From contig JBAMMA010000006.1 of NCBI GenBank assembly GCA_039794005.1, forward strand, positions 1-64,000: DNA of 64,000 bases, in the 5' to 3' direction. The notes under the pieces are model-generated. The model ran no database searches, was not told the origin of the DNA, and saw nothing but the letters and a program-made list of their open reading frames with translations. Shown here in pieces: positions 19,889-30,300 of this stretch; position 1 is the first letter of the stretch; each line of letters starts with the position of its first letter. The DNA comes from Thermoplasmata archaeon. GTDB taxonomy: Archaea; Thermoplasmatota; Thermoplasmata; Thermoplasmatales; ARK-15. Both the position numbers and the translations under genes were made by a program.

Positions 19889-20110
19889 ATGAAATTGAAT
19901 GATTTTTTAATGATGAAAGAAAAAGGAGTATCAGATGTTATAGGTACGCTGTTAATGCTCGCAATTACTGTTACATTATTCAGTTCTGTTTTTTATTATG
20001 TTTCAACCCTTCCTCCACCACCATCACAGATATATTCCTCCTTCCAGGTAAAATATCTGCCTGACTATACCAATGGTACTTTCATATTATATATGCTTTC
20101 TTGCCAGTGA
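19889..20110 (+). pseudogene. Type IV pilin-domain protein truncated by an IS256 end
   Basis: Class III signal KG|VSDVIGTLLMLAITVTLF. The frame runs into IS-derived sequence at about 20085 and stops. Confidence 0.75.
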
Positions 20111-20161
20111 CCTTGCCAAGGAGGTATCCTTTCCTTTTACACAAAATTTACGGAGACTACC
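20085..20161 (-). mobile_element. Isolated IS256-family left-end remnant (~75 bp)
   Basis: GGTAGTCTCCGTAAATTTTGTGTAAAAGGAAAGGATACCTCCTTGGCAAGGTCAC aligns by eye with the IS end at 9631 (GATAGTGTCAGTAAATTTCGTGTAAAAGGAAAATATATCTCCTCGGCAAAATCAC). Confidence 0.8.
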
Positions 20162-20331
20162 GGGAAATTCAGATAAAAGTAAAGAAATATTTAATAAATT
20201 AATAAAGTTGTTAAAATTTAAGAATATACGATAGAAGAAGATGGGAAAAAGATAATGAAAGAAGCGACCCAAAAAGGCAAGAATGATGGATAAAAAATTA
20301 GAAATAAATATATTTCATATAATTTACTGAT

Positions 20332-21834
20332 TTAAGGTTCATAAGTAATGGGGATATATGAATAGTGATTAATAATGTTTATTTCGTAAAAGTATGTAAT
20401 TATTATTGCATTTCCTGTTTCTAAATTGACCTCAAAATAAATTGTAGAATTATATGCCATATTAGGCATGTATGTGAAATTTATTAATACAGAATTACCA
20501 GAATACAAATTTGCTGGGTTTGCGGGATTTTTAAGTATATTTTGTGGCCAGTTATAATAAAATTCAAGGTTTAATTTATTATCTGAACCTTTGAAATAAA
20601 CAGTAAAGTTATACATATTATATATATATTTTGAATTAATATAATTTAAACTTATAACAAAATTTAAAGGACAAGAAGAATCCAATTTTAATGCTGTATT
20701 AGTTTGATATAAATCATATACAAATACATCCCCCCAAGAATTTGCATCAATCCCATCAGTTGTATATGCTATTGTGTCATTCGTCTGCAATACATACCAA
20801 TAATTATAACCATTAATTATTGAGTCATACATATCAAAAGTGACTGCTTGGTTTGTTCCTTCCGTATCTATGTTAACTCCATATGTTTGGAATGACTGTG
20901 TATTTGGATTATATTCATACATAGGAGTGTTATTGTTTAACTGAATTATAAACAGAGTATATTGATTTAAATCTGTTGAATATCCAATCGTAATACCGAT
21001 AGTATTTGATATTTTATTTGACACACGTAATGTATTCCACCCATTTTTTTTAAGTTGGTAAACATTACCAGTGAATGATATTCCATACAAATCATTACTT
21101 CCTTTACGGTATTCATCATAAAAAGCAACAGTAGAAATTATTTTATCATTTGTAGGGGTTACTGACCACCATCCAGAATAATTTTTCCCGGTTCTGGTTG
21201 CATTATATGTGGTATCAAATGCATATACTTCACCGTTTAAATTTGTAAATATGAAAAGTTCATCATATCCTTCATAATCTCCAAGAACATTCGATGTGAC
21301 AGATGTCCATGGTGAATGACCGTTATTCCATACATTTTGTAAAGTTAATCCCCATACATGAGAAGCATTAAACCATGCACCAGCATTCATATCATAAACA
21401 AAAACGTATCCATATTCAGTTAATAATGCAACATACCAATAATATGAATCATCAATCACCGCAATTGAAACAATTGGTCCTGCATATGAAAATCCGCTGT
21501 AATAAGGACTGGGTATATAATACCATCCATAATAATAATAAAATACTGTTCCGTAGTTATCCGTATAATAAACTATTCCGGAATCATCCACATAAATATC
21601 TTGAGCCCAGATACTTGTTAAATTCATATAAGCTTGATCTTTATATGAATTGAGATGGGTTGTCCAATATGGATAAAAATTTGTTGAGTTATCAAATGTT
21701 ATACAAGGACTTCTTGTTCCTACACTTACAGGATAATTATTAGAAATAATCACATCTGACTTGGTTACGGGTATCTCAAACATTAAAATAAAAACAATCG
21801 AAAAAATAATAAAAATTTGAAATATTTTATCCAT
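20332..21834 (-). CDS. Secreted Tyr/Asn-rich surface protein; putative filament tip adhesin with an inserted beta-rich (propeller-like) domain
   Basis: Sec signal peptide with mature start near DVIISNNYPVSVG, repeated G.VY/F..D...W blade-like units, many N-glycosylation sequons and no C-terminal anchor. Confidence 0.6.
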   Translation of the reverse strand: MDKIFQIFIIFSIVFILMFEIPVTKSDVIISNNYPVSVGTRSPCITFDNSTNFYPYWTTHLNSYKDQAYMNLTSIWAQDIYVDDSGIVYYTDNYGTVFYYYYGWYYIPSPYYSGFSYAGPIVSIAVIDDSYYWYVALLTEYGYVFVYDMNAGAWFNASHVWGLTLQNVWNNGHSPWTSVTSNVLGDYEGYDELFIFTNLNGEVYAFDTTYNATRTGKNYSGWWSVTPTNDKIISTVAFYDEYRKGSNDLYGISFTGNVYQLKKNGWNTLRVSNKISNTIGITIGYSTDLNQYTLFIIQLNNNTPMYEYNPNTQSFQTYGVNIDTEGTNQAVTFDMYDSIINGYNYWYVLQTNDTIAYTTDGIDANSWGDVFVYDLYQTNTALKLDSSCPLNFVISLNYINSKYIYNMYNFTVYFKGSDNKLNLEFYYNWPQNILKNPANPANLYSGNSVLINFTYMPNMAYNSTIYFEVNLETGNAIIITYFYEINIINHYSYIPITYEP

Positions 21835-21839
21835 AGTCT

Positions 21840-22418
21840 TTAAGGAGTATATGTAGATCCTGCAGGTTCAACGTAGTATGTTATATAAATTGTTCCAGTA
21901 TATGTTACGGAAGACGCTGAACCGCTCCACAAACAAAGAGATATATACAGTACAGGACCAGAGGTTGTAGTTTTTGGTATATAAAAAGCATAACTTGAAG
22001 TAATATTGATACCACTTGTAGGCCAGTTTATTGGTGATGTTGACGCAATTACTGCAACATGATTTAAATTACTAACATTTATGAGTACATATACAACTCC
22101 ATTAGATGTATCCCAGCCGCTTGTATTCACTATCTCCAATACATTTAAAAGATAAACGCTATCTGACCCTGTAACGTTGTTTATTATGATTGTTTGCTGC
22201 ATTATTACATTTGAATTAGAAGGAGGAGGATTTGTAAGACTGATCAACCCCATTTCTGATGCTTCCGGATAATTTGGTCCTGGAGCAAGATAAATATATG
22301 GTTTGGTACTTCCAAAGGTCAAAGGATATTCATAGGATATTACTACAGTCGCAGCAACGAGCATAGGCACCAAGATTCCAAGGATTGTTGATAATAATGC
22401 TAAACTTTTTATCTGCAT
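21840..22418 (-). CDS. Secreted beta-rich protein; putative thread-like (donor-strand) pilus subunit
   Basis: Signal peptide ...LVAA, N-terminal strand TVVISYEYPLTFG, PYIYLAPGPNY, YLLNVLEIVN. 192 aa with no anchor. Confidence 0.55.
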   Translation of the reverse strand: MQIKSLALLSTILGILVPMLVAATVVISYEYPLTFGSTKPYIYLAPGPNYPEASEMGLISLTNPPPSNSNVIMQQTIIINNVTGSDSVYLLNVLEIVNTSGWDTSNGVVYVLINVSNLNHVAVIASTSPINWPTSGINITSSYAFYIPKTTTSGPVLYISLCLWSGSASSVTYTGTIYITYYVEPAGSTYTP

Positions 22419-22589
22419 TTTTTATCACCTGACATTTTAAGAAAAAATATCATTATATAAATTTTTATGTTTTTAAAAATATATTATCTATGCCAATTAT
22501 ATTAAAATAAAAATTTTTATTTTATTATTTAATTTTTCATAAATTTATTAAACAAAGGGTTCATATTATCCTCTTTATCTATAACAAAT

Positions 22590-23819
22590 ATGGATGATAA
22601 AGAGATAGAAAAATATATAGATGAAATATACAATTTACTTGGAGGTAACGTTTCGAGAGAAGAGATAAAGAAAATTTTTGATTCATGGTTAAAATTTCAA
22701 TATTCCCCAAAAACTATAAAGGAGAAGATATTGCAAAAATACGCTTCTATGAGAATAATGAAAATTTCTGAAATTAAGGATGAGATGAGCAGCATAAATG
22801 TCATAGGGAAAATTCTATCGTTAAAAGAAAACGAAAAAAATGGAAAAAAATTTTATCTTGGCCTTTTGGGAGACGAGACAGGTGTGATTCCCTTTCTTTT
22901 GCCGGGGAATTATAAAATAAATGCTGGAGATGTTATAAAAATAAAGAATGGTTATGTAAAATCGTTTAAAGATGTTTTAAGAATTTATGTAGGCAAATCT
23001 GGGAGCATCGAAAAACTTTCAAACGTCGAGATTAAAATTGCAAGGCCACAATCGACGTTTTACACAATCGATAAATTAAAGGTAGGTATGAAGAATATAG
23101 AAATCAAGGGAAGAGTCATAAATTTAAAAATTTCAACTGTAAAATCAAAGAACATTTACAGAGGGGTCATAGCAGATTCAACGGGAGGAATTCACTTCAC
23201 ATCATTTGGATTAGAATTGAAGGAAAATAATAATTATAGAATATCCAATGCCTTTGTAAGGGAATACAAGGGCAGGCAGGATTTAATAATAAATGAAAAT
23301 AGCATTGTTGAACAAATAAAAGAGGATATAGACATATTTATAAAAAAGGTATCGATGGAGGAGGCATTGGAAAGGAATTTGCCCTATGCACCATTTGAAG
23401 GTATTCTGGTAGATGTGATGGATTCCACCGGTATAGTTGCAAGGTGCCCAAAATGCGGTATAATTTTGAAAGGGAGAGAATGCCCAACGCATGGAGAGGT
23501 GGAGCCTATAAACGATATAATTGCAAAGGTTGTATTCGATGATGGTTCTCTAGCATCTCTGATGATGATTGAATCCGTTGGACTAGAAAAGCTCCTTTCT
23601 AAAACAAAGGATGAGATTATGAAGGATATTTTAAAAACTCCTGGACTTCCTGTTCTTAAAGAGGAAATTGAAGACAAAATTTTGATGAAACCATTTGAAA
23701 CGTATTGTAAAATTGTTAAAAAGGATTCAAACAGGATAGTCTTATATCCATACATATTCAAGTTTTTGGTTGAAAAGGACCTTGATGATATGGAAAACGC
23801 TTTGAGGGGTGAATTGTAA
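22590..23819 (+). CDS. rpa: Replication protein A large subunit (OB folds plus Zn finger)
   Basis: Repeated OB motifs LGDETG, IADSTG and FDDG, and a CPKC...CPTH zinc finger. Confidence 0.9.
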   Translation: MDDKEIEKYIDEIYNLLGGNVSREEIKKIFDSWLKFQYSPKTIKEKILQKYASMRIMKISEIKDEMSSINVIGKILSLKENEKNGKKFYLGLLGDETGVIPFLLPGNYKINAGDVIKIKNGYVKSFKDVLRIYVGKSGSIEKLSNVEIKIARPQSTFYTIDKLKVGMKNIEIKGRVINLKISTVKSKNIYRGVIADSTGGIHFTSFGLELKENNNYRISNAFVREYKGRQDLIINENSIVEQIKEDIDIFIKKVSMEEALERNLPYAPFEGILVDVMDSTGIVARCPKCGIILKGRECPTHGEVEPINDIIAKVVFDDGSLASLMMIESVGLEKLLSKTKDEIMKDILKTPGLPVLKEEIEDKILMKPFETYCKIVKKDSNRIVLYPYIFKFLVEKDLDDMENALRGEL

Positions 23820-24616
23820 TGCCAAGGGAACCGGCATGGAGGGTTTTTTCATTTGAATTCAATGATTCAATAATTTTGGAAAAAAAGGGGGAAGAAAAAG
23901 AGGCGCAGTATATTTTAACGAAACTCGGTGCAAAGATAAACAGGGTTTTCATGGTAGGGATACTTGAAGATAAAAGGTCCGTTGCAAACGATTCAATGAT
24001 TATTATAGACTTTAACGATAGGTTTGGAAATGTGAAGCTCATGGTAGATAAAAATTATACGCCAGGTAAAGTGTTCAAATTCTTTTCAACCCATGAACCG
24101 CCGGAGTTGATATCATTTGTCGGTAAGGTGAGAATTTGGGGTGAAAATAACAATGTTGAATTGAGAGTCGAATCCGTTAGCGGTTCAAATGAATTCATAT
24201 ACAGGTACTGGAAATTGAAATCTCTGGAAAGTTTGATATACAGAATAAAGTTGATGGAGCTTTCCATTCAAAGAAATGAAAAGGAATCATTGTTGAAGGA
24301 GGGGTATCCAAAAAATCTGGTTGACAATATTTTCCTTTCAATAGAAAAATTCGGGAATATAGACCTAAACGGGTACAAAAACCAGGTCTATGAAATTTTA
24401 GGAATAAAGAAGGAGGAGGGCATGGACAAGGAAAAGATAATTCTTGAAATAATAGAAAGATTGGATACATCGGGAAAGGGTGCAAAATATGATGATGTTG
24501 TAAAAGAGGCTGAAAAGTATGGTATCTCTGCTCAGGAGGTGGACAGAATACTTAACGATTTACTCGAAAGAGGTATTTTGTATGAGCCAAACATAAATTA
24601 TATTAAAATTTTATAA
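23819..24616 (+). CDS. RPA-associated protein (RPA32-like OB fold plus C-terminal winged helix)
   Basis: MPREPAWRVF, INRVFMVG and C-terminal LLERGILYEP. Translationally coupled to rpa. Confidence 0.88.
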   Translation: MPREPAWRVFSFEFNDSIILEKKGEEKEAQYILTKLGAKINRVFMVGILEDKRSVANDSMIIIDFNDRFGNVKLMVDKNYTPGKVFKFFSTHEPPELISFVGKVRIWGENNNVELRVESVSGSNEFIYRYWKLKSLESLIYRIKLMELSIQRNEKESLLKEGYPKNLVDNIFLSIEKFGNIDLNGYKNQVYEILGIKKEEGMDKEKIILEIIERLDTSGKGAKYDDVVKEAEKYGISAQEVDRILNDLLERGILYEPNINYIKIL

Positions 24617-25327
24617 AAATATCCTGCTTTTTAAATGGTTGTATTTGCCAAAATATATTATGCCTAATTTACTGTCTATGCCATAGATATCCTCATCCCC
24701 CTTCAATCTATTTTTCAGTATGGGTGACAGAATATCTCCAGCAAGGATATCAGAACCCGATGAATATATACTTGGGGATGGCAAAACCACTATATCTTTC
24801 CCTATCAAAAACGATGGATAGTTTATCAGTCCGCCGTAGGATTCCCTTATTTTCACCGATGGATGTTCATGGCCGATAATTAATTTTTCATTACCCTCAT
24901 ATTCCTTATGGCCATGTAAAAAAAGGTAATTGTCTATCATAATCTTTTCATGCAATTTTATGTCATATTTTGCAAGTATTGCCTTTAGATAATTGTCATG
25001 GTTCCCCCTTATTATTATAATATTACATCGTTCTTTCAAATAATTTATTATGTATTCAATTTCATTCCATTCCTGTTTCATGTTCCTGGAAAATTCATGT
25101 TTAAAATCTCCATCGATGAGGAAATTTTTTATTTCATAATAACTAAAAAGTTTTTCAAATATATCCAACAATATTGATTTTTGAACCTTGGGCAAAAAAA
25201 GGCCCTTTTCCGCCATGACATCTTCAAATCCAATGTGCAGATCTGCCATTACCATCGTTTTTGATTTCTTTAAATAAAGAGAATAATATTTTGTAATTAT
25301 AAAATCTCCCAGGTCAATTTCTTCCAT
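24611..25327 (-). CDS. Calcineurin-like metallophosphoesterase (COG1407 / Lhr-associated type)
   Basis: Motifs ADLHIG, GDFKHEF, RGNHD, HGH and GHEHP. Confidence 0.9.
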   Translation of the reverse strand: MEEIDLGDFIITKYYSLYLKKSKTMVMADLHIGFEDVMAEKGLFLPKVQKSILLDIFEKLFSYYEIKNFLIDGDFKHEFSRNMKQEWNEIEYIINYLKERCNIIIIRGNHDNYLKAILAKYDIKLHEKIMIDNYLFLHGHKEYEGNEKLIIGHEHPSVKIRESYGGLINYPSFLIGKDIVVLPSPSIYSSGSDILAGDILSPILKNRLKGDEDIYGIDSKLGIIYFGKYNHLKSRIFL

Positions 25328-25372
25328 TCATTAATGATTAAAATTAATTACTTATAAATTTTACATATAAGC

Positions 25373-26314
25373 ATGAAGATTGATGGCATGGGCGAGAGAA
25401 ATTTAATAAAAAATATAATGGATATTTTTCCTGATATAATAAATGATGATTCATTTTATTTTGATAACGGATCTAATTATATTTTGATAACAACGGACAT
25501 AACAAATAACGTAAAACATTATCCTGAAAATGCAGATCCCGAAAAGATGGGATACTTTTTTGTATCCCTGAATCTGAGCGACATAGCTGCCATGGGAGGT
25601 ATTCCGGATTATTTTCTATCATCATTTTCCATGTCCAGGGACATTGAATATGAATTTTTTGAAGAATTCTTGCTTGGTATGAAAAAATGTTTAAATAAAT
25701 ATAATGTGAAAATGGCAGGGGGAGACACAAAGGAAGGTATTGGATTCACAGCTTCAGGAATGGTCGTGGGCCATGTTGAAAAGGATAGGATAATGCTGAG
25801 GAGAAACTTCAAGCCTGGCATGTACGTTGGAATTACAAACGATTTGGGGAAAAACGCTTCTGGATACTACATGTGGATTAACGGGGAAGAGGAGGGGGCA
25901 AACATATTAATAGACATTGAACCAAGGATAGAGGAATCCAGAAGATTGTCTGAGCTCGGAGTCAAGGCTGCGATGGATTTATCCGATGGAATATATTCTA
26001 GCATATATCAGTTGAAAAATATAACAGGTACTGGATTTAGAATATACTTTGACAAAATACCCAGGAATCCTCTTGTGAAATATGTAAATGAAAATTATGG
26101 TGTTGATGAAAAGGAATTGTTATTAAATTTTGGTGGTGAATATGAAATTTTATTTGGAATAGAAAAAGATAGGTGGGATTTTGTGTATAAAAAAATGGAT
26201 GAATATGGATACAAGATTTCGATTATAGGTGAAACTTATAATGGTGAAAATGTATTGGTAGAAAATGGGAGTGAAATAAAAATAGATGGAAGGGGGTATG
26301 AACATTTTGCGTGA
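25373..26314 (+). CDS. thiL: Thiamine-monophosphate kinase
   Basis: Motifs GERNLI, NLSDIAAMGG, GGDT, MDLSDG and GGEYEI. Confidence 0.92.
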   Translation: MKIDGMGERNLIKNIMDIFPDIINDDSFYFDNGSNYILITTDITNNVKHYPENADPEKMGYFFVSLNLSDIAAMGGIPDYFLSSFSMSRDIEYEFFEEFLLGMKKCLNKYNVKMAGGDTKEGIGFTASGMVVGHVEKDRIMLRRNFKPGMYVGITNDLGKNASGYYMWINGEEEGANILIDIEPRIEESRRLSELGVKAAMDLSDGIYSSIYQLKNITGTGFRIYFDKIPRNPLVKYVNENYGVDEKELLLNFGGEYEILFGIEKDRWDFVYKKMDEYGYKISIIGETYNGENVLVENGSEIKIDGRGYEHFA

Positions 26315-27329
26315 GGCAATGTATTATGAAAAATTGAATGGAAAAGTGAGATGTCTATTATGCCCTCATAGATGTATAATAGATAATGGAAAATATGGAA
26401 TATGTAATGTTAGAAAAAATATAGATGGAAAATTATACTCAATGGTATACGGCAAGGTTTCTGCCATGGCCATGGATCCAATAGAGAAAAAGCCCCTCTT
26501 TCACTATTATCCCGGGGATTATATATTTTCCCTGAGCACTGTGGGATGCAATTTAAAATGCCTACACTGCCAGAATTGGGAGATCAGTCAGGCCACGGTT
26601 GAATCTTCATATCTAAGGGAATTTACACCTGAAGAAATTGTTGAAATGGCAATTTCAGAAAATTCCAGGGGAATAGCATGGACCTACAATGAACCAACAA
26701 TATGGTATGAATTCAACTATGAAACATCAAAGATCGCAAAGTCAAAAGGCCTTTATAATGTATATGTTACAAACGGATACATAAATGAAGAACCTCTAAA
26801 GGAGATATCGAAATATGTTGAGGCAATGAACATAGATGTCAAAGGTTTCACCGATGAATTCTATGGAAAAGTAACATCCGCCAGGCTGGAACCTGTTTTA
26901 AGAACCGTTGAATTGGCGAATAAGTTGGGCATTCATGTGGAATTAACGTATTTGATCATTCCGACTCTCAACGACAAAATTGAAGATATTGATAGATTCA
27001 CAAAATGGGTATACGATGTATTTGGGGAGGATGGCATAGTTCACTTTTCAAGGTTTCATCCAGATTACAGGTTATTAAATTTACCGGAGACACCGAGGGA
27101 AACGCTGATAAAAGCTTATAATAAGGCAAAGGAAAATGGTTTAAAATATGTTTACATAGGAAATCTATGGGAAGAGGAATATGAAACAACTTATTGTCCA
27201 GAATGCAATGCGCCTTTGATAAGGAGATCTGGATATAGAATAAGGATTGAGAATCTGACAAAGGATGGAAGATGTAAAATTTGTGGCAGAAAAATTAAAA
27301 TAAAATTGAGGGAAGATTCGTTCAAATGA
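26298..27329 (+). CDS. AmmeMemoRadiSam-system radical SAM enzyme (PFL-activase-like)
   Basis: Motifs CLLCPHRC, DPIEKKPLFH, CNLKCLHCQNWEISQ, YNEP and a C-terminal CPEC...CKIC. Confidence 0.9.
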   Translation: MNILREAMYYEKLNGKVRCLLCPHRCIIDNGKYGICNVRKNIDGKLYSMVYGKVSAMAMDPIEKKPLFHYYPGDYIFSLSTVGCNLKCLHCQNWEISQATVESSYLREFTPEEIVEMAISENSRGIAWTYNEPTIWYEFNYETSKIAKSKGLYNVYVTNGYINEEPLKEISKYVEAMNIDVKGFTDEFYGKVTSARLEPVLRTVELANKLGIHVELTYLIIPTLNDKIEDIDRFTKWVYDVFGEDGIVHFSRFHPDYRLLNLPETPRETLIKAYNKAKENGLKYVYIGNLWEEEYETTYCPECNAPLIRRSGYRIRIENLTKDGRCKICGRKIKIKLREDSFK

Positions 27330-30300
27330 TCTTTAACTCAAGGCCCATTTTGTTTGATATCTTTTCAAGTATATCAAGGGCATTCTCTTTATATTCTTCT
27401 ATATATTCAAAATCATAAATTTCTAGGGAATTCTTTTTTATTTTATATTCAAAAGATGCTATTGGATCTGGCCCTTTCATGATAACACTTTTATTTTCAA
27501 ACCCCATTTTTCTCAGAATTTCCCTTATCAGAACATAGTATGGATCTTTATCTGATACAATGTATATTAAATTATTAAAAATAGATTCATCAAATTTTCT
27601 TGATCTTGATTTATTTTTCTTTGCATCCCCTTTATAGTAATTTTCAATGTTTGTATAAACTATTTCCATGTTATCTAACAAAAATGGTTTTAGAGAATAT
27701 TTCTCCTTCACGTATGATACTGCGTTCTTCACATCATGGAGATGCATGTGATCCTTTGAAAATAGGTATAATCTTTTTACATTTATGAAGCCAAACATTT
27801 CATAAAACTTTTCAGCAAAAATCTTTATTGCGGTTTCACGATCTAAATCGGATTCAATGTATACTAGAGTATTCTTAGGACCCTCGCACAAAACCGATTT
27901 TTCTATTAGATATTCTATGATCTTTGATGTCTTTTCCTTTCCCAGGATGGATTCATATTCAATGCTGTTCCTTTCGGGCATAAAAGATTCTTTTATTATG
28001 TTGATGATTTTTCTGTCATCCTCCCCTATTTCAGGATTCTTAATAGATTGAAATATTCTTGCGTTTTCCTCGCTCACGTATGTAATGATATCTGGAATGC
28101 CCCTCGTCTCGCACAATACCCTACTTCTCTTTAATCTTTCGGTTGATATGTATTGAACGCATTTGCTTGCAATTTCAATGTCGCTCCTTAAGCCCATGTT
28201 CTGTTTTTCAAGGTCCATGGGAAGCCTTTTCATGTTGTACCTATAATAACCCTGCTTAAATGCAGCATATGATAATATGTCGTAATAAGTTAATTCTCCA
28301 GTTATTACTTCATTTGATATTAAAAATTCATCCTTTTTCCTGTAATTTTCAATTTCAATGTTATCTTTATTCTTTATCAAAATATAGCAATTGTCATAAT
28401 ATTTTGATAAAAATTCCATACTTTTCAAAAATTCTTCCCTTGAAACAAATTCATAATCCCTTATCACCAATATATCATATTCATATTGTGAAAAAATTGC
28501 ACCCTCAGGCTCATTTTCCTTTATATAATAATATGTGAATGTTTCAGGGAACTTCTGAATTATTTTGTTTTTTAAATATATAAATATTGGATCGTATGAA
28601 TCAATGATAATGCTGTATTTTTCATCTGAAGATCCAATCTCTCCATAGAACCTTATTCCTGAAACATCTTTTATTTCAAATGATTTAATCAATTCTGAAA
28701 CCTCTTTTGAATCTACTCCCAATAAATCACAAAGCTCTGATGAAGTCAATGGACCATACGTTTCTATTATCTTCTTGAAAATATTATCCTTTGGCCTTTC
28801 CTCTCCAACATAGATAAATCTGTCCGATGGCTCTATGAATTCATCTTCGTAAAATTCCCTTGATACTATCGCATTTTTTTCCAGAAGAGTTATATAATTC
28901 TTAACTACCTTCTGGTTTAAAGATAATATTGAGGATATTTTTTCAATGTCCACAGAATTGTTTGAGGATAATATGGAAATTATATTTTTGATATTATCAT
29001 CGTATTCAAATTCATAAATCCTGAAAAGGTGTGCGTATTCTTTTAGAATATAAATATACCTATTCCCCAGGAATTTCCCGTATATTATTTCATTTCTTTT
29101 CCTTAAATTCACCCATTCATCCATGCTGAAATTATTCACTCTTAACGATGCTTCAAAAGGAGTCCTGAAAAATATGTAATATCTGAATGCCTCCTCTATA
29201 GAATTAAACTTTTTCAATGCTTTTGATATTCTATAATTGTTTATTTTATTTATATCAAAGTTGGCCGTTGGCCTTAGATTCAGATAGTCTTGATATAGCA
29301 TATATTGTATATCATAACCTGGAAGAAACTGCCCTGATATTACTATCTTATCATTTTCCATTTCTCTTAAAATATCTTTTGTTATTTCTTCCCTGGCATT
29401 GATGTAATATGATATCTCAGATAATGTTATGGGCCCATAATAACCCAGGATCTTTTCTATCAAAAATTTTCTTGATTCAATTATATCTGCCCTTTCAACG
29501 TTCCTTTTGTCATAATATATTTCACCGGCTTTTATATCTATTCTTTTAATTAAATACGCCTTTTCCAGATTTTTCAATATTTCAAAGACCTCATCCCTTT
29601 TAAGTCCAGACAATTTCCATATCTCCGTGGAAGAGTTTTTATTTATTGAATTCAATACCTTGAGAACCTTTTCATCTTGCACGATATCCCTTGAATATAC
29701 TGCTGCATAATATTTAACATATTCTGGAATGGTGAACAAAACCTTTTCGGCATATATGGACTCAATTTCACCATTCCTCAATTTTTCTAAAGCGTATTCT
29801 CTCAGTTCATCATATGGGATATCCGAATGATCAAAGATGTTTATTCCCTTTTGCTGCAGTATATCTGCCGCCCCCACATCCCTGAAAAATTCGAATATGT
29901 CTTCCTTATTTTTAATTTTAAATTTGGATGAAAAGTAGGAATTTATTTCTTCTGGATTGAATAAATATCCCTGATTTTCTCCAAGAACCTTTTTTAGTAT
30001 GTTCATGTGTATTTCCCTAAACAATGCTGAGCGGTCCTCCATCAATACTATGTCTGATACACCGGCCAAAATTATTGAGTTTGCAAATACGGAGGGCCTC
30101 TCCGAATAATCCTTCAGTTTTATTTCAATCTCACCATTCTCAATCTTCTTCAAAATTTCCAATGCGTTTGGGACATCCATGGTTATGTTGAATATTTCAT
30201 TAAATGTTTCTTCTATAACAGGGAAATCTGGGATGTCAGATAAAATTTGAAGCATCTTATCGCTTTTCAGCTGCTGTTTTGTAACGGATATATCTTGTCC

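Noticed and set aside
20087-20272. 61-aa minus-strand ORF
   Set aside because: It spans the IS256 end and adjacent debris and has no coding signature.
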